A DNA stretch of 64,000 nucleotides, taken from contig OZ024748.1 of NCBI GenBank assembly GCA_964016885.1, positions 2,294,001 to 2,358,000 of the forward strand. Reading direction: 5' to 3'. This DNA is from Eledone cirrhosa. Its lineage: Eukaryota. The translations under genes were made by a program, and so were the position numbers. Below are positions 14,268 to 27,915 of the stretch, in pieces (position 1 is the first letter of the stretch; the number at the start of each line of letters is the position of its first letter). The notes beneath the pieces are model-generated. The model worked only from the letters and a program-made list of their open reading frames with translations, was not told the origin of the DNA and ran no database searches.

Positions 14268-14610
14268 TACCATATATATATTCGAATATAAGTTTACCCT
14301 ACCGTATATACTCAAATATAAGCTGTCCCCTACTGTATATACTCAAATATAAGTTGACCCCTACCGTATATATACTCAAATATAATCTGATCCCCCCCCC
14401 CCCATGTATATTCAAATATAAGCTGATCCAAATATAAGCCAACCCCTTATTTCATGTCTGAGAAATGGTAAAAAATCTAAACCTTTTGTATAAGACTAGG
14501 CAAGTAATGAAAACATTATTTAGATGGCATATATAAGCTGATCCGAATATAAGGTGACCACCCTGTTTTATGTCTGAGAAATGGGCAAAAATTGAAGCGC
14601 TGTTATAAGT
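14268..14610 (+). mobile_element. Tandemly reiterated pogo/Tigger-like transposon end
   Basis: Four to five ~31-bp copies of TACCGTATATACTC(G/A)AATATAAG-x-TGACCC, resembling the TACCGTATATACTCGAGTATAAG TIR of pogo/Tigger elements. Confidence 0.5.
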
Positions 14611-15259
14611 CAACACAGGTAATCAACACAGGTAATCAACACAGGTAATCAACACATCATGTTTAAATGGTGTAGTTTTGAAATTTTCACAAGTGTGAAT
14701 ATATATTTATGAAGTTTTAATATGAATTTGTGAGAGAATAATAACAATATTATAATAATTGTTTCTACTTTTGGCACAAGGCCAGCAATTACACCAGTGT
14801 ATTACTGGTACTTTATTTTATCAACCCCGTAAGTATGAAAGGCACAGTTAACCTTGGCGGGATTTTAACTCAGACCGTAAAGAGCCGTAACTCTATGCTG
14901 CAAAGTATGGCGTCCGACCCTCTACCAATACTGCAATCCACCACCCTTTATCTTAATATTATTAATATCATGTCATAATATTATTAATAATATCGAATAT
15001 TATTAGTATTATGATATTATTATTAATAATATGATATAACATTATTATTATTGACTCACTAATACATTTAGGTATCCACCATGTTAAGAGCAAAAACAAA
15101 TTTTGTTTTTTGAAGTTTTAATATTTTGATATTTAAAATGTTTTAAGTGTGATTTAAGTGTGATTTATCCATTATGTAATGATTTTGTTTTTACCAATTT
15201 CTGACCATTTTGAAGGTCATATTTATTCAAAACACATCAAAGACAATAGGGAAAAAAAT

Positions 15260-15452
15260 TTCACCTTCCAAATTGAAACTGGTGTAATATTCACCTCCAA
15301 AGTGAAACCGGTGTAATATTCACCTCCAAATTGAAACTGGTTTAATATTCACCTCCAAAGTGAAACCGGTGTAATATTCATCTCCAAAGTGAAACTGGTG
15401 TAATATTCACCTCCAAAGTGAAACCGGTGAAATATTCACCTCCAAAGTGAAA
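15260..15452. repeat. 29-bp minisatellite, ~6.5 units
   Basis: Unit ATTCACCTCCAAAGTGAAACCGGTGTAAT. Confidence 0.9.
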
Positions 15453-15892
15453 ATATTTTAGTACATTATTTACATAGAATTTGAAGTTGATGAAAACTGG
15501 CAAAATATTGACCTTGAATATTAGTCTAATCCTATGTTATTTCATTTTTTGTCTCCTATTTCCTGTTTTATATACAAGTATATACAGTAATACCAAATAC
15601 CAGTACTTCTTAGAACAGGTCTCATAAGATAAGGCAGCTTTTATTGCACACGATTTAATAAAAATATTTGAATGATCCCAGAGGGACTTAACTCAACTAT
15701 TATTTATAGTGATCAACTGTTATTATGGTCATTTGTGTTGAGACACACACATATATGTTATAGAACCTTTGAAATCTCCTTCATCTACCCTAGTACTTCT
15801 CTACAGAATGTTAACATATGAAGTGATTTCTGCAACAACCCAGTTGGGGTGAGCTCTCTCTCTAATCAGAATTAAAATAGTTATATTTCAGT

Positions 15893-18800
15893 AGCACTGT
15901 GGTTAAAGTGACCTCTCTCAATACTGTGGTTAAAGTGACCTCTCTCAACATCCTGGTTAAAGTGACCTCTCTCAACACCCTGGTTAAAGTGACCTCTCTC
16001 AACACTGTGGTTAAAGTGACCTCTCTCAACACCCTGGTTAAAGTGACCTCTCTCAACACCCTGATTAAAGTGACCTCTCTCAACACTGTGGTTAAAGTGA
16101 CCTCTCTCAACACCCTGGTTAAAGTGACCTCTCTCAACACTGTGGTTAAAGTGACCTCTCTCAACACCCTGGTTAAAGTGACCTCTCTCAACACTGTGGT
16201 TAAAGTGACCTCTCTCAACACTGTGGTTAAAGTGACCTCTCTCAACACTGGTTAAAGTGACCTCTCTCAACACCCTGGTTAAAGTGACCTCTCTCAACAC
16301 TGTGGTTAAAGTGACCTCTCTCAACATTGGTTAAAGTGACCTCTCTCAACACCCTGATTAAAGTGACCTCTCTCAACATCCTGGTTAAAGTGACCTCTCT
16401 CAACACTGTGGTTAAAGTGACCTCTCTCAACACCCTGGTTAAAGTGACCTCTCTCAACACTGTGGTTAAAGTGACCTCTCTCAACACTGTGGTTAAAGTG
16501 ACCTCTCTCAACACCCTGGTTAAAGTGACCTCTCTCAACACTGTGGTTAAAGTGACCTCTCTCAACACCCTGGTTAAAGTGACCTCTCTCAACACTGTGG
16601 TTAAAGTGACCTCTCTCAACACTGTGGTTAAAGTGACCTCTCTCAACACTGTGGTTAAAGTGACCTCTCTCAACACTGGTTAAAGTGACCTCTCTCAACA
16701 CCCTGGTTAAAGTGACCTCTCTCAACACTGTGGTTAAAGTGACCTCTCTCAACACTGTGGTTAAAGTGACCTCTCTCAACACCCTGGTTAAAGTGACCTC
16801 TCTCTCAACACTGTGGTTAAAGTGACCTCTCTCAACACTGTGGTTAAAGTGACCTCTCTCAACACTGGTTAAAGTGACCTCTCTCAACACTGTGGTTAAA
16901 GTGACCTCTCTCAACACTCTGGTTAAAGTGACCTCTCTGAATACTGTGGTTAAAGTGACCTCTCTCAACACTCTGGTTAAAGTGACCTCTCTCAACACCC
17001 TGGTTAAAGTGACCTCTCTCAACACTGGTTAAAGTGACCTCTCTCAACACTGTGGTTAAAGTGACCTCTCTCAACACTGTGGTTAAAGTGACCTCTCTCA
17101 ACACTGTGGTTAAAGTGACCTCTCTCAACACCCTGGTTAAAGTGACCTCTCTCAACACTGTGGTTAAAGTGACCTCTCTCAACACTGTGGTTAAAGTGAC
17201 CTCTCTCAACACTGGTTAAAGTGACCTCTCTCAACACCCTGGTTAAAGTGACCTCTCTCAACACTGTGGTTAAAGTGACCTCTCTCAACATTGGTTAAAG
17301 TGACCTCTCTCAACACCCTGATTAAAGTGACCTCTCTCAACATCCTGGTTAAAGTGACCTCTCTCAACACTGTGGTTAAAGTGACCTCTCTCAACACCCT
17401 GGTTAAAGTGACCTCTCTCAACACTGTGGTTAAAGTGACCTCTCTCAACACTGTGGTTAAAGTGACCTCTCTCAACACCCTGGTTAAAGTGACCTCTCTC
17501 AACACTGTGGTTAAAGTGACCTCTCTCAACACCCTGGTTAAAGTGACCTCTCTCAACACTGTGGTTAAAGTGACCTCTCTCAACACTGTGGTTAAAGTGA
17601 CCTCTCTCAACACTGTGGTTAAAGTGACCTCTCTCAACACTGGTTAAAGTGACCTCTCTCAACACCCTGGTTAAAGTGACCTCTCTCAACACTGTGGTTA
17701 AAGTGACCTCTCTCAACACTGTGGTTAAAGTGACCTCTCTTAACACCCTGGTTAAAGTGACCTCTCTCTCAACACTGTGGTTAAAGTGACCTCTCTCAAC
17801 ACTGTGGTTAAAGTGACCTCTCTCAACACTGGTTAAAGTGACCTCTCTCAACACTGTGGTTAAAGTGACCTCTCTCAACACTCTGGTTAAAGTGACCTCT
17901 CTGAATACTGTGGTTAAAGTGACCTCTCTCAACACTCTGGTTAAAGTGACCTCTCTCAACACCCTGGTTAAAGTGACCTCTCTCAACACTGGTTAAAGTG
18001 ACCTCTCTCAACACTGTGGTTAAAGTGACCTCTCTCAACACTGTGGTTAAAGTGACCTCTCTCAACACTGTGGTTAAAGTGACCTCTCTCAACACTCTGG
18101 TTAAAGTGACCTCTCTGAATACTGTGGTTAAAGTGACCTCTCTCAACACTGGTTAAAGTGACCTCTCTCAACACTCTGGTTAAAGTGACCTCTCTCAACA
18201 CTCTGGTTAAAGTGACCTCTCTCAACACCCTGATTAAAGTGACCTCTCTCAACACTGGTTAAAGTGACCTCTCTCAACACTGTGGTTAAAGTGACCTCTC
18301 TCAACACCCTGGTTAAAGTGACCTCTCTCAACACTGTGGTTAAAGTGACCTCTCTCAACATTGGTTAAAGTGACCTCTCTCAACACCCTGATTAAAGTGA
18401 CCTCTCTCAACACCCTGGTTAAAGTGACCTCTCTCAACACCCTGGTTAAAGTGACCTCTCTGAACACTGTGGTTAAAGTGACCTCTCTCAACATCCTGGT
18501 TAAAGTGACCTCTCTCAACACCCTGGTTAAAGTGACCTCTCTCAACACTGTGGTTAAAGTGACCTCTCTCAACACTGTGGTTAAAGTGACCTCTCTCAAC
18601 ACTGTGGTTAAAGTGACCTCTCTCAACACTGGTTAAAGTGACCTCTCTCAACACTGTGGTTAAAGTGACCTCTCTCAACACCCTGATTAAAGTGACCTCT
18701 CTCAACACCCTGATTAAAGTGACCTTTCTCAACACTGGTTAAGGTGACCTCTCTCAACACTGTGGTTAAAGTGACCTCTCTCAACACTGTGGTTAAAGTG

Positions 18801-21800
18801 ACCTCTCTCAACACCCTGGTTAAAGTGACCTCTCTCAACACTGTGGTTAAAGTGACCTCTCTCAACACTGGTTAAAGTGACCTCTCTCAACACTGTGGTT
18901 AAAGTGACCTCTCTCAACACTGTGGTTAAAGTGACCTCTCTCAACACTGTGGTTAAAGTGACCTCTCTCAACACTGGTTAAAGTGACCTCTCTCAACACT
19001 GTGGTTAAAGTGACCTCTCTCAACACTGGTTAAAGTGACCTCTCTCAACACTGTGGTTAAAGTGACCTCTCTCAACACTGTGGTTAAAGTGACCTCTCTC
19101 AACACTGTGGTTAAAGTGACCTCTCTCAACACTGGTTAAAGTGACCTCTCTCAACACCCTGGTTAAAGTGACCTCTCTCAACACTGTGGTTAAAGTGACC
19201 TCTCTCAACACTGGTTAAAGTGACCTCTCTCAACACTGGTTAAAGTGACCTCTCTCAACACTGTGGTTAAAGTGACCTCTCTCAACACTGGTTAAAGTGA
19301 CCTCTCTCAACACTGTGGTTAAAGTGACCTCTCTCAACACCCTGGTTAAAGTGACCTCTCTCAACACCCTTATTAAAGTGACCTCTCTCAACACCCTGGT
19401 TAAAGTGACCTCTCTCAACACTGGTTAAAGTGACCTCTCTCAACACTGTGGTTAAAGTGACCTCTCTCAACACTGGTTAAAGTGACCTCTCTCAACACTG
19501 TGGTTAAAGTGACCTCTCTCAACACCCTGGTTAAAGTGACCTCTCTCAACACCATGGTTAAAGTGACCTCTCTCAACACCCTGATTAAAGTGACCTCTCT
19601 CAACACCCTGGTTAAAGTGACCTCTCTCAACACCCTGGTTAAAGTGACCTCTCTCAACACCCTGGTTAAAGTGACCTCTCTCAACACCCTGATTAAAGTG
19701 ACCTCTCTCAACACTGTGGTTAAAGTGACCTCTCTCAACACTGTGGTTAAAGTGACCTCTCTCAACACTGGTTAAAGTGACCTCTCTCAACACTGTGGTT
19801 AAAGTGACCTCTCTCAACACCCTGGTTAAAGTGACCTCTCTCAACACTGGTTAAAGTGACCTCTCTCAACACTGTGGTTAAAGTGACCTCTCTCAACACC
19901 CTGGTTAAAGTGACCTCTCTCAACACTGTGGTTAAAGTGACCTCTCTCAACACCCTGGTTAAAGTGACCTCTCTCAACACTGGCTAAAGTGACCTCTCTC
20001 AACACCCTGGTTAAAGTGACCTCTCTCAACACTGGTTAAAGTGACCTCTCTCAACACTGTGGTTAAAGTGACCTCTCTCAACACCCTGGTTAAAGTGACC
20101 TCTCTCAACACTGTGGTTAAAGTGACCTCTCTCAACACTCTGGTTAAAGTGACCTCTCTCAACACCCTGGTTAAAGTGACCTCTCTCAACACTGGTTAAA
20201 GTGACCTCTCTCAACACTGTGGTTAAAGTGACCTCTCTCAACACCCTGGTTAAAGTGACCTCTCTCAACACTGTGGTTAAAGTGACCTCTCTCAACACTC
20301 TGGTTAAAGTGACCTCTCTGAATACTGTGGTTAAAGTGACCTCTCTCAACACTGGTTAAAGTGACCTCTCTCAACACTCTGGTTAAAGTGACCTCTCTCA
20401 ACACTCTGGTTAAAGTGACCTCTCTCAACACTCTGGTTAAAGTGACCTCTCTCAACACTGGTTAAAGTGACCTCTCTCAACACTGTGGTTAAAGTGACCT
20501 CTCTCAACACCCTGGTTAAAGTGACCTCTCTCAACACTGGTTAAAGTGTCCTCTCTCAACACTGTGGTTAAAGTGACCTCTCTCAACACTGTGATTAAAG
20601 TGACCTCTCTGAATACTGTGGTTAAAGTGACCTCTCTCAACACCCTGGTTAAAGTGACCTCTCTCAACACTGTGGTTAAAGTGACCTCTCTCAACACCCT
20701 GGTTAAAGTGACCTCTCTCAACACTGTGATTAAAGTGACCTCTCTGAATACTGTGGTTAAAGTGACCTCTCTCAACACCCTGGTTAAAGTGACCTCTCTC
20801 AACACTGTGGTTAAAGTGACCTCTCTCAACACCCTGGTTAAAGTGACCTCTCTCAACACTGGTTAAAGTGACCTCTCTCAACACTGTGGTTAAAGTGACC
20901 TCTCTCAACACTGTGATTAAAGTGACCTCTCTGAATACTGTGGTTAAAGTGACCTCTCTCAACACCCTGGTTAAAGTGACCTCTCTCAACACCCTGGTTA
21001 AAGTGACCTCTCTCAACACCCTGATTAAAGTGACCTCTCTCAACACTGTGGTTAAAGTGACCTCTCTCAACACCCTGGTTAAAGTGACCTCTCTCAACAC
21101 TGTGGTTAAAGTGACCTCTCTCAACACTGTGGTTAAAGTGACCTCTCTCAACACCCTGGTTAAAGTGACCTCTCTCAACACCCTGGTTAAAGTGACCTCT
21201 CTCAATACCCTGATTAAAGTGACCTCTCTCAACACTGGTTAAAGTGACCTCTCTCAACACTGTGATTAAAGTGACCTCTCTCAACACTGTGGTTAAAGTG
21301 ACCTCTCTCAACATTGGTTAAAGTGACCTCTCTCAACACCCTGGTTAAAGTGACCTCTCTCAACACCCTGATTAAAGTGACCTCTCTCAACACTGTGGTT
21401 AAAGTGACCTCTCTCAACACTGTGGTTAAAGTGACCTCTCTCAACACTGTGGTTAAAGTGACCTCTCTCAACATTGGTTAAAGTGACCTCTCTCAACACC
21501 CTGGTTAAAGTGACCTCTCTCAACACCCTGGTTAAAGTGACCTCTCTCAACACCCTGATTAAAGTGACCTCTCTCAACACTGTGGTTAAAGTGACCTCTC
21601 TCAACATCCTGGTTAAAGTGACCTCTCTCAACACTGTGATTAAAGTGACCTCTCTCAACACTGGTTAAAGTGACCTCTCTCAACATTGGTTAAAGTGACC
21701 TCTCTCAACACCCTGGTTAAAGTGACCTCTCTCAACACCCTGATTAAAGTGACCTCTCTCAACACTGTGGTTAAAGTGACCTCTCTCAACACTGTGGTTA

Positions 21801-22562
21801 AAGTGACCTCTCTCAACACTGTGGTTAAAGTGACCTCTCTCAACATTGGTTAAAGTGACCTCTCTCAACACCCTGATTAAAGTGTCCTCTCTCAACACTG
21901 TGGTTAAAGTGACCTCTCTCAACACTGTGGTTAAAGTGACCTCTCTCAACACCCTGGTTAAAGTGACCTCTCTCAACACTGTGGTTAAAGTGACCTCTCT
22001 CAACACTGGTTAAAGTGACCTCTCTCAACACTGGTTAAAGTGACCTCTCTCAACACTGTGGTTAAAGTGACCTCTCTCAACACCCTGATTAAAGTGACCT
22101 CTCTCAACACTGTGGTTAAAGTGACCTCTCTCAACATTGGTTAAAGTGACCTCTCTCAACACCCTGGTTAAAGTGACCTCTCTCAACACTGTGGTTAAAG
22201 TGACCTCTCTCAACACTGTGGTTAAAGTGACCTCTCTCAACACTGTGGTTAAAGTGACCTCTCTCAACACTGTGGTTAAAGTGACCTCTCTCAACATCCT
22301 GGTTAAAGTGACCTCTCTCAACACCCTGATTAAAGTGACCTCTCTCAACACCCTGATTAAAGTGACCTCTCTCAACACCCTGGTTAAAGTGACCTCTCTC
22401 AACACCCTGGTTAAAGTGACCTCTCTCAACACCCTGGTTAAAGTGACCTCTCTCAACACCCTGATTAAAGTGACCTCTCTCAACACCCTGGTTAAAGTGA
22501 CCTCTCTCAACACTGTGGTTAAAGTGACCTCTCTCAACACTGTGGTTAAAGTAACCTCTCTC
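15893..22562. repeat. 27-bp (with 25-bp variant) minisatellite array, ~6.7 kb, roughly 250 units, in the SYT14 intron
   Basis: Unit GGTTAAAGTGACCTCTCTCAACAC-(TGT/CCT/TCT/T); accounts for all the VLREVTLTT / VERGHFNHS / KVTSLNTV ORFs. Confidence 0.99.
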
Positions 22563-23133
22563 CTTAATCAGTATTAAAATAGCTATATTTCAGCAACACC
22601 ATAGTTAAGATGTCCACTCTCTAATTAGAGTTAAAATAACTATAGAAACAACCAGGTTGAGGTGACCACTCTCTCTAATCAGAATAAAAATAGCTATATC
22701 TTTACAATCACAGCTATCGTTGAGATGACCTCTCTCTAATTGGAGTTAAAATAGCTATATCAATTCAGCAGGAAGCAAATTGGCAGAATCGTTTACTCTG
22801 TCTCCCTGGACCCTCTAAGTTCAAATTTGCCTGTCATCCTTTTGAGATCAATAAATTTAACAATCTGATACAGGAATCGACTCTTCCTCTGTATCTCTTT
22901 CTCATTTCCTTTTTATCAATCTCTCTCTGGAAGAAACAACTGTGGTCAGACCTGGAAAGGAGATGGGCCTCTGTGAGGTTTAAAATGCCCAAGACACAAT
23001 TAGCCTCAGGTTAACCAATGTCTTGTGGGTCAATCCCACTATGTGGCACCTTGGGCAGGTGTCTTCGACTATAGCCTCACACTGATCAATCCCTCTAGAA
23101 TTTTGTAAATGAGAACTGCTGGCATCCACCAGT

Positions 23134-23192
<59 letters not shown>

Positions 23193-23879
23193 TATCATCA
23201 TCATCATCATCGTTTAACGTCTATCTTCCACGCTAGCATGGGTTAGACAGGAATTGTCCCATCTGAGGCAAGATTGGTTGGGTGACCGTGTCTCTCTTAT
23301 ATAGGACTATCTGGCAGGTTTCCTATGGCTGGATGCCCTTCCTAACACCAACCACATTTGCAGTGTGGACTGGGAGCTTTTTACCGTGTTACCTACATGA
23401 CCACATTGCAGCGTGGTGTGTGTGTGTGTGTGTTTCTGTGTGTGTCTGTGTTTATGTTTTATAACTTAGCAGTTCAACAAAAAACAGAGATTAATAAAAT
23501 AAGTACCAGACTAGAAAAATAAGAACTGGTGTTGATATAATTGACAAAAATCCCTCGAAGGTGGTGCCCCAGCATGACCCACAGTTTAATGGCTGAGACC
23601 AGTAAAAGAATAAAAGAATATGTCTTGCTGAATAAGAATTCTTTGGTTGAAAGCCAAATTAGCAAGGTAACATCTGATGTATATTTCAATCTAACATGTA
23701 GTCTATATTTAACATGTAATCAATATCTGTATTTATGATTTTGTTTCTTATTATAGTCAGAAGTGAATCTGGTATGATGATAAGAGACAAGACTGGGGTT
23801 GGGATAATATGACCCTTCATTGGATTTTGGATTTAAAATAGAAAGTTCCACACCACAATAATCTACATACTTACTCCCA

Positions 23880-24370
23880 AAACATACACACATACTCCAG
23901 AATATATAGACATATACCAGATTTAACAGACATATACTAGATTTAAGAGACATACTCCAGATTTAATAAACATACTCCAAAACATACAGACATATACCAG
24001 GATATACAGATATATACCAGATTTAACAGACATACTCCAGATTTAACAAACATATACCAGATTTAACAGACATATACCAGATGTAACAAAGATATACCAG
24101 ATGTAACAGACATATACCAGATGTAACAGACATATACTAGTACATGGAGACATCCTCCAGAACATAGAGACATATAACAGAACCTCCAGACTTATGCCAG
24201 ACATACTCCAGAAGATACAGACATACCAGATTCAATGACATGCTCTAGAACATACATATTGATACCAGATTTAACAGACATTTACCAAAATCTAGAGACA
24301 CACCAGAATGTAAAGACAAAACATAAGTTCAACAGACATGCACCAGATTTGACTCACACATGCCAGGTTC
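23880..24370. repeat. Degenerate ~20-bp tandem repeat
   Basis: Unit approximately ACAGACATATACCAGATTTA. Confidence 0.8.
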
Positions 24371-24689
24371 AACAGGTATATGCCATGTTAGTGTGGGGAT
24401 TTGAACACCCAAACATTGGCTCAATTATTAACTCCAGTAGGTAGTGAATTGGCAGAGCATCAGGCACCGTGCGTTGCAGCATAGCATTGTGGCCCTTTAC
24501 ATTCTGAGTTCAAATTCTGGCGAGGTTAGCTTTGCCTTTCATCCTTACGGGGTCGATAAAATAAAGTACCAGTAATGTACTGGAGTAATTGTTGGTCTTG
24601 TGCCAAAAAGTAGAAACAATTACTAACTTCAAGTTCCCTGGATCCTACTGACTCTTCAACCATCTTCTTTGTCTGTCTTGGATGATATA

Positions 24690-25610
24690 GAACAACAACA
24701 ACAACAATAGCAACAACAACAACAACAACAGCAATTAGAACAACAACAGCAGCAATAACAACAGCAATTAGAACAACAACAGCAGCAACAACAACAACAA
24801 TAACAACAACAATAACAACAACAACAACAGCAGCAATAACAACAACAACAACAACAATAACAACAATAACAACAACAACAACAAGAACACCAACAACAGC
24901 AATAACAACAATAACAACAACAACAATAACAACAATAACAACAATAACAACAATAACAACAACAAGAACACTAACAACAGCAATAACAACAACAACAACA
25001 ATAACAATAAATAAATGATAAAAACAAATAAATACAATTGTCCAGTGAAAAGTGATTAGATATCTAATTAATCGTTTCTCTCCAACTGCTTTACTAATTA
25101 AGCCGGGGGGGGGGGGGGGGGTTATTAATTTGTTATTACTAATGATAGAATAATAGAAATCACTAACTAGAAAATACTAGGTTGTTGTTGTTACTGTTGT
25201 TGTTGTTACTGTTGTTGTTGTTACTGTTGTTATTGTTACTGTTGTTGTTACTGTTGGTGTTGTTACTGTTGTTGTTGTTACTGTTGTTGTTGTTACTGTT
25301 GTTATTGTTACTGTTGTTGTTACTGTTGGTGTTGTTACTGTTGTTGTTGTTGTTACTGTTGATTGTTGTTGTTGTTGTTACTGTTGTTGTTGTTATTGTT
25401 ACTGTTGTTGTTGTTGTTACTGTTGTTGTTGTTGTTACTGTTGGTGTTGTTACTGCTGTTGTTGTTACTGTTGTTGTTGTTATTGTTACTGTTGTTGTTG
25501 TTACTGTTGTTGTTGTTGTTACTGTTGTTGTTGTTGTTGTTGTTGTTGTTACTGTTGTTGTTACTGTTGTTGTTGTTGTTGTTGTTACTGTTGTTGTTGT
25601 TGTTGTTATC
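24690..25610. repeat. (AAC)n tract followed by (GTT)n tract
   Basis: (AAC)n at ~24690-25010 and (GTT)n at ~25180-25610, with a poly-G run between them. Confidence 0.95.
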
Positions 25611-26159
25611 ATTGCTCTATCTGTCACTTGACCTGCTAGAAATAGTAGCCGAAATCTCCCACAAGTCACATTGCTTTCTCTGGTCACTTGACCTGCTAGA
25701 GATAGCAACCTATCACATTGCTCTGAAAAAAGAAACAACATAAGGAATGACATATTAAAAACAATGTAGTTCAAAATATGCAAAAAAAAAGATAGGATGG
25801 TCATGGCTGGAACGCCTTGACATTCTAAGACTAAGCAGCAACAACAACAACAATAATGCGGAACTATTAATTTTCAATGCTCCCACCGCCACCACTGCCA
25901 CCACCTCCATAATTCTAACACCCTGCTACTACACCCACTTACCTCTCCACCTTACCCACACCCCCACTGGTAGCCATCACAGTCACCATGGTTACTGTAT
26001 CACATGACTGCAGGAAATAATCAATTTTATTGTTGGCCACTAGGATAATCTGGAAGAAGAGACAAATGTTGCCTTTGATAAATTATATTTTAATAGTCAT
26101 ATTTACAGTGTGATTAGTGGGGGGGGGGGGGATTTTTTATTTTGCTCTGTCTCTGCTGT

Positions 26160-27915
26160 TATGATGTTGATGAAGAGTGGTGGTGATGGTGTTGGTGGTG
26201 GTGGCAGTGGCGTTGGAGGCGGTGGTGGTGATGATGGTGTTGGTGGTGGTATTGATGGAGAATGGTGGTGGTGGTGGCCATGATGGTGGTGGTGGTGTTA
26301 GTGTTGGTGGTAGTGGTGGTGATGGTGTCAGTGGTAGTGGTATTGATGGAGAGTGATGGTGGTGGCCATGGTTGTGGTGTTGGTGGTAGTAGTGGTGGTG
26401 GTGGTGGTGGTGGTGGTGGCCATGGTGGTGGTGTTGGTGTTGGTGGTGGTGGTGGTATCGTTGAGTAGTGAAGGTGCATGGTTTAATAGTTACAGTGTTC
26501 AGCTCATCATTATAAAGCTGTGAGTTTGATTCTTGGTAGTGTGTTGTGTTCTTGAGCAAGACACTTCATTTCACATTGTTCCACTTCACTCAGCTGGGAA
26601 AACATAATCCTCTTGTCACTTACTGAGTCATACTGGATCTCCCTGAGATCTACGTTGAGGCTACAACCTGTCTGTGGAATGCTCAGTCACTTGCAAGTTC
26701 ATTTCACAAGGGAGCTGTTCCCTTGTTTGACCAACTTGTACCCTCGTTATCGGAACCCTTGGGGTCCCAACAACAATATTATCATCAACCAAGGAAAAGA
26801 TGATTATTTCCCTACCCACCTTTTTTCTTTTTCAAGACAGTAGAATGTGATCTGAAGGAGAGTTGACTGGTATTTCTAGCATATCAAATGACTACATAGA
26901 GACTTCATATGTTAACTGATGATTGTAATGACTGTGATGATGGTGGTGCTAATGATGGTTAAGATGGTGATTGTGATGATGGTTAAGATGGTGATTGTGA
27001 TTGTGGTGAGGATGATGGTGATTGGGATGATGGTGATGGTGATGGTGATGGTTAAAATGGTTGCGATGACAAACCACCATGGTGACAGTGATGTCAGCTA
27101 TGGATATACTGATGTTTAAGATGCAGCTGCAAAACTAAATCCACACTATCAAACTGTGAATGGCTTGCAGTGTGTGTGTGGCTGTATGTGTGTGTATGGT
27201 TGCATGTGTGTGTGTGTGGTTGCATGTGTGTGTGTGTGTATGGTTGCATGTGTGTGTGTATGGTTGCATGTGTGTGTGTGTGGTTGCATGTGTGTGTGTG
27301 TGTGGCTGTGTGTGTGTGTGTGTATGGTTGCATGTGTGTGTGTGTGGTTGCATGTGTGTGTGTGTAGCTGCATGTGTGTGTAGCTGCATGTGTGTGTGTG
27401 TATGGTTGCATGTGTGTGTGTGGCTGTGTGGTTGCATGTGTGTGTGTGACTGCAAGCTGCATATGTGTATGTGTGTGTGTGGCTGCAAGCTGCATGTGTA
27501 TGGGTGTGTATTTCTGTGTATGCATATGTATATGTGCATATGTCTATTTGTGTGCATATGCTTGAGTGAAATTGTGTATATGCATATGTATGAGTGTTTA
27601 TGTGTGTGTATGTATATGTTCCTATTCTTGAGTGTGTGTATATGTATGTGTTGAGGCATATGTTTCTACATGAGTGTGTAATTATATGAGTATATGTATT
27701 TGTGTGTATATGTCTGAGTGAAAGAAAGAAGAAAGTGTGTATGTTTGTGTGTGTGTGTTTGTATGAATATGTTTGTGCGTATATGTGTGTTTGTGTATAT
27801 GAGTGTGTATATGTTTGTGTGTATGTGTGTGTATATGCGTGTGTATGTGAGTGTGTGTGTGAATGTGTATGTGAGTGTGTGTATGTATATGTGTGTATGT
27901 GAGTGTGTGTGTGAC
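26160..27915. repeat. (GGT)n, (GAT/GGT)n and (TG)n-based compound microsatellites
   Basis: Direct inspection; a SINE B copy interrupts at ~26473-26770. Confidence 0.9.

Noticed and set aside
15893-22562. CRISPR-like look (constant part plus variable part) and dozens of ORFs
   Set aside because: The variable part is only 1-3 nt from a few recurring alleles. There are no unique spacers and no cas genes, and the context is a eukaryotic intron. The ORFs are translations of the repeat.
24768-26559. Poly-L/V/T/N and His/Pro/Gly-rich ORFs resembling mucins or extensins
   Set aside because: Trinucleotide microsatellites without splice support; the SYT14 exons on either side join in frame without them.
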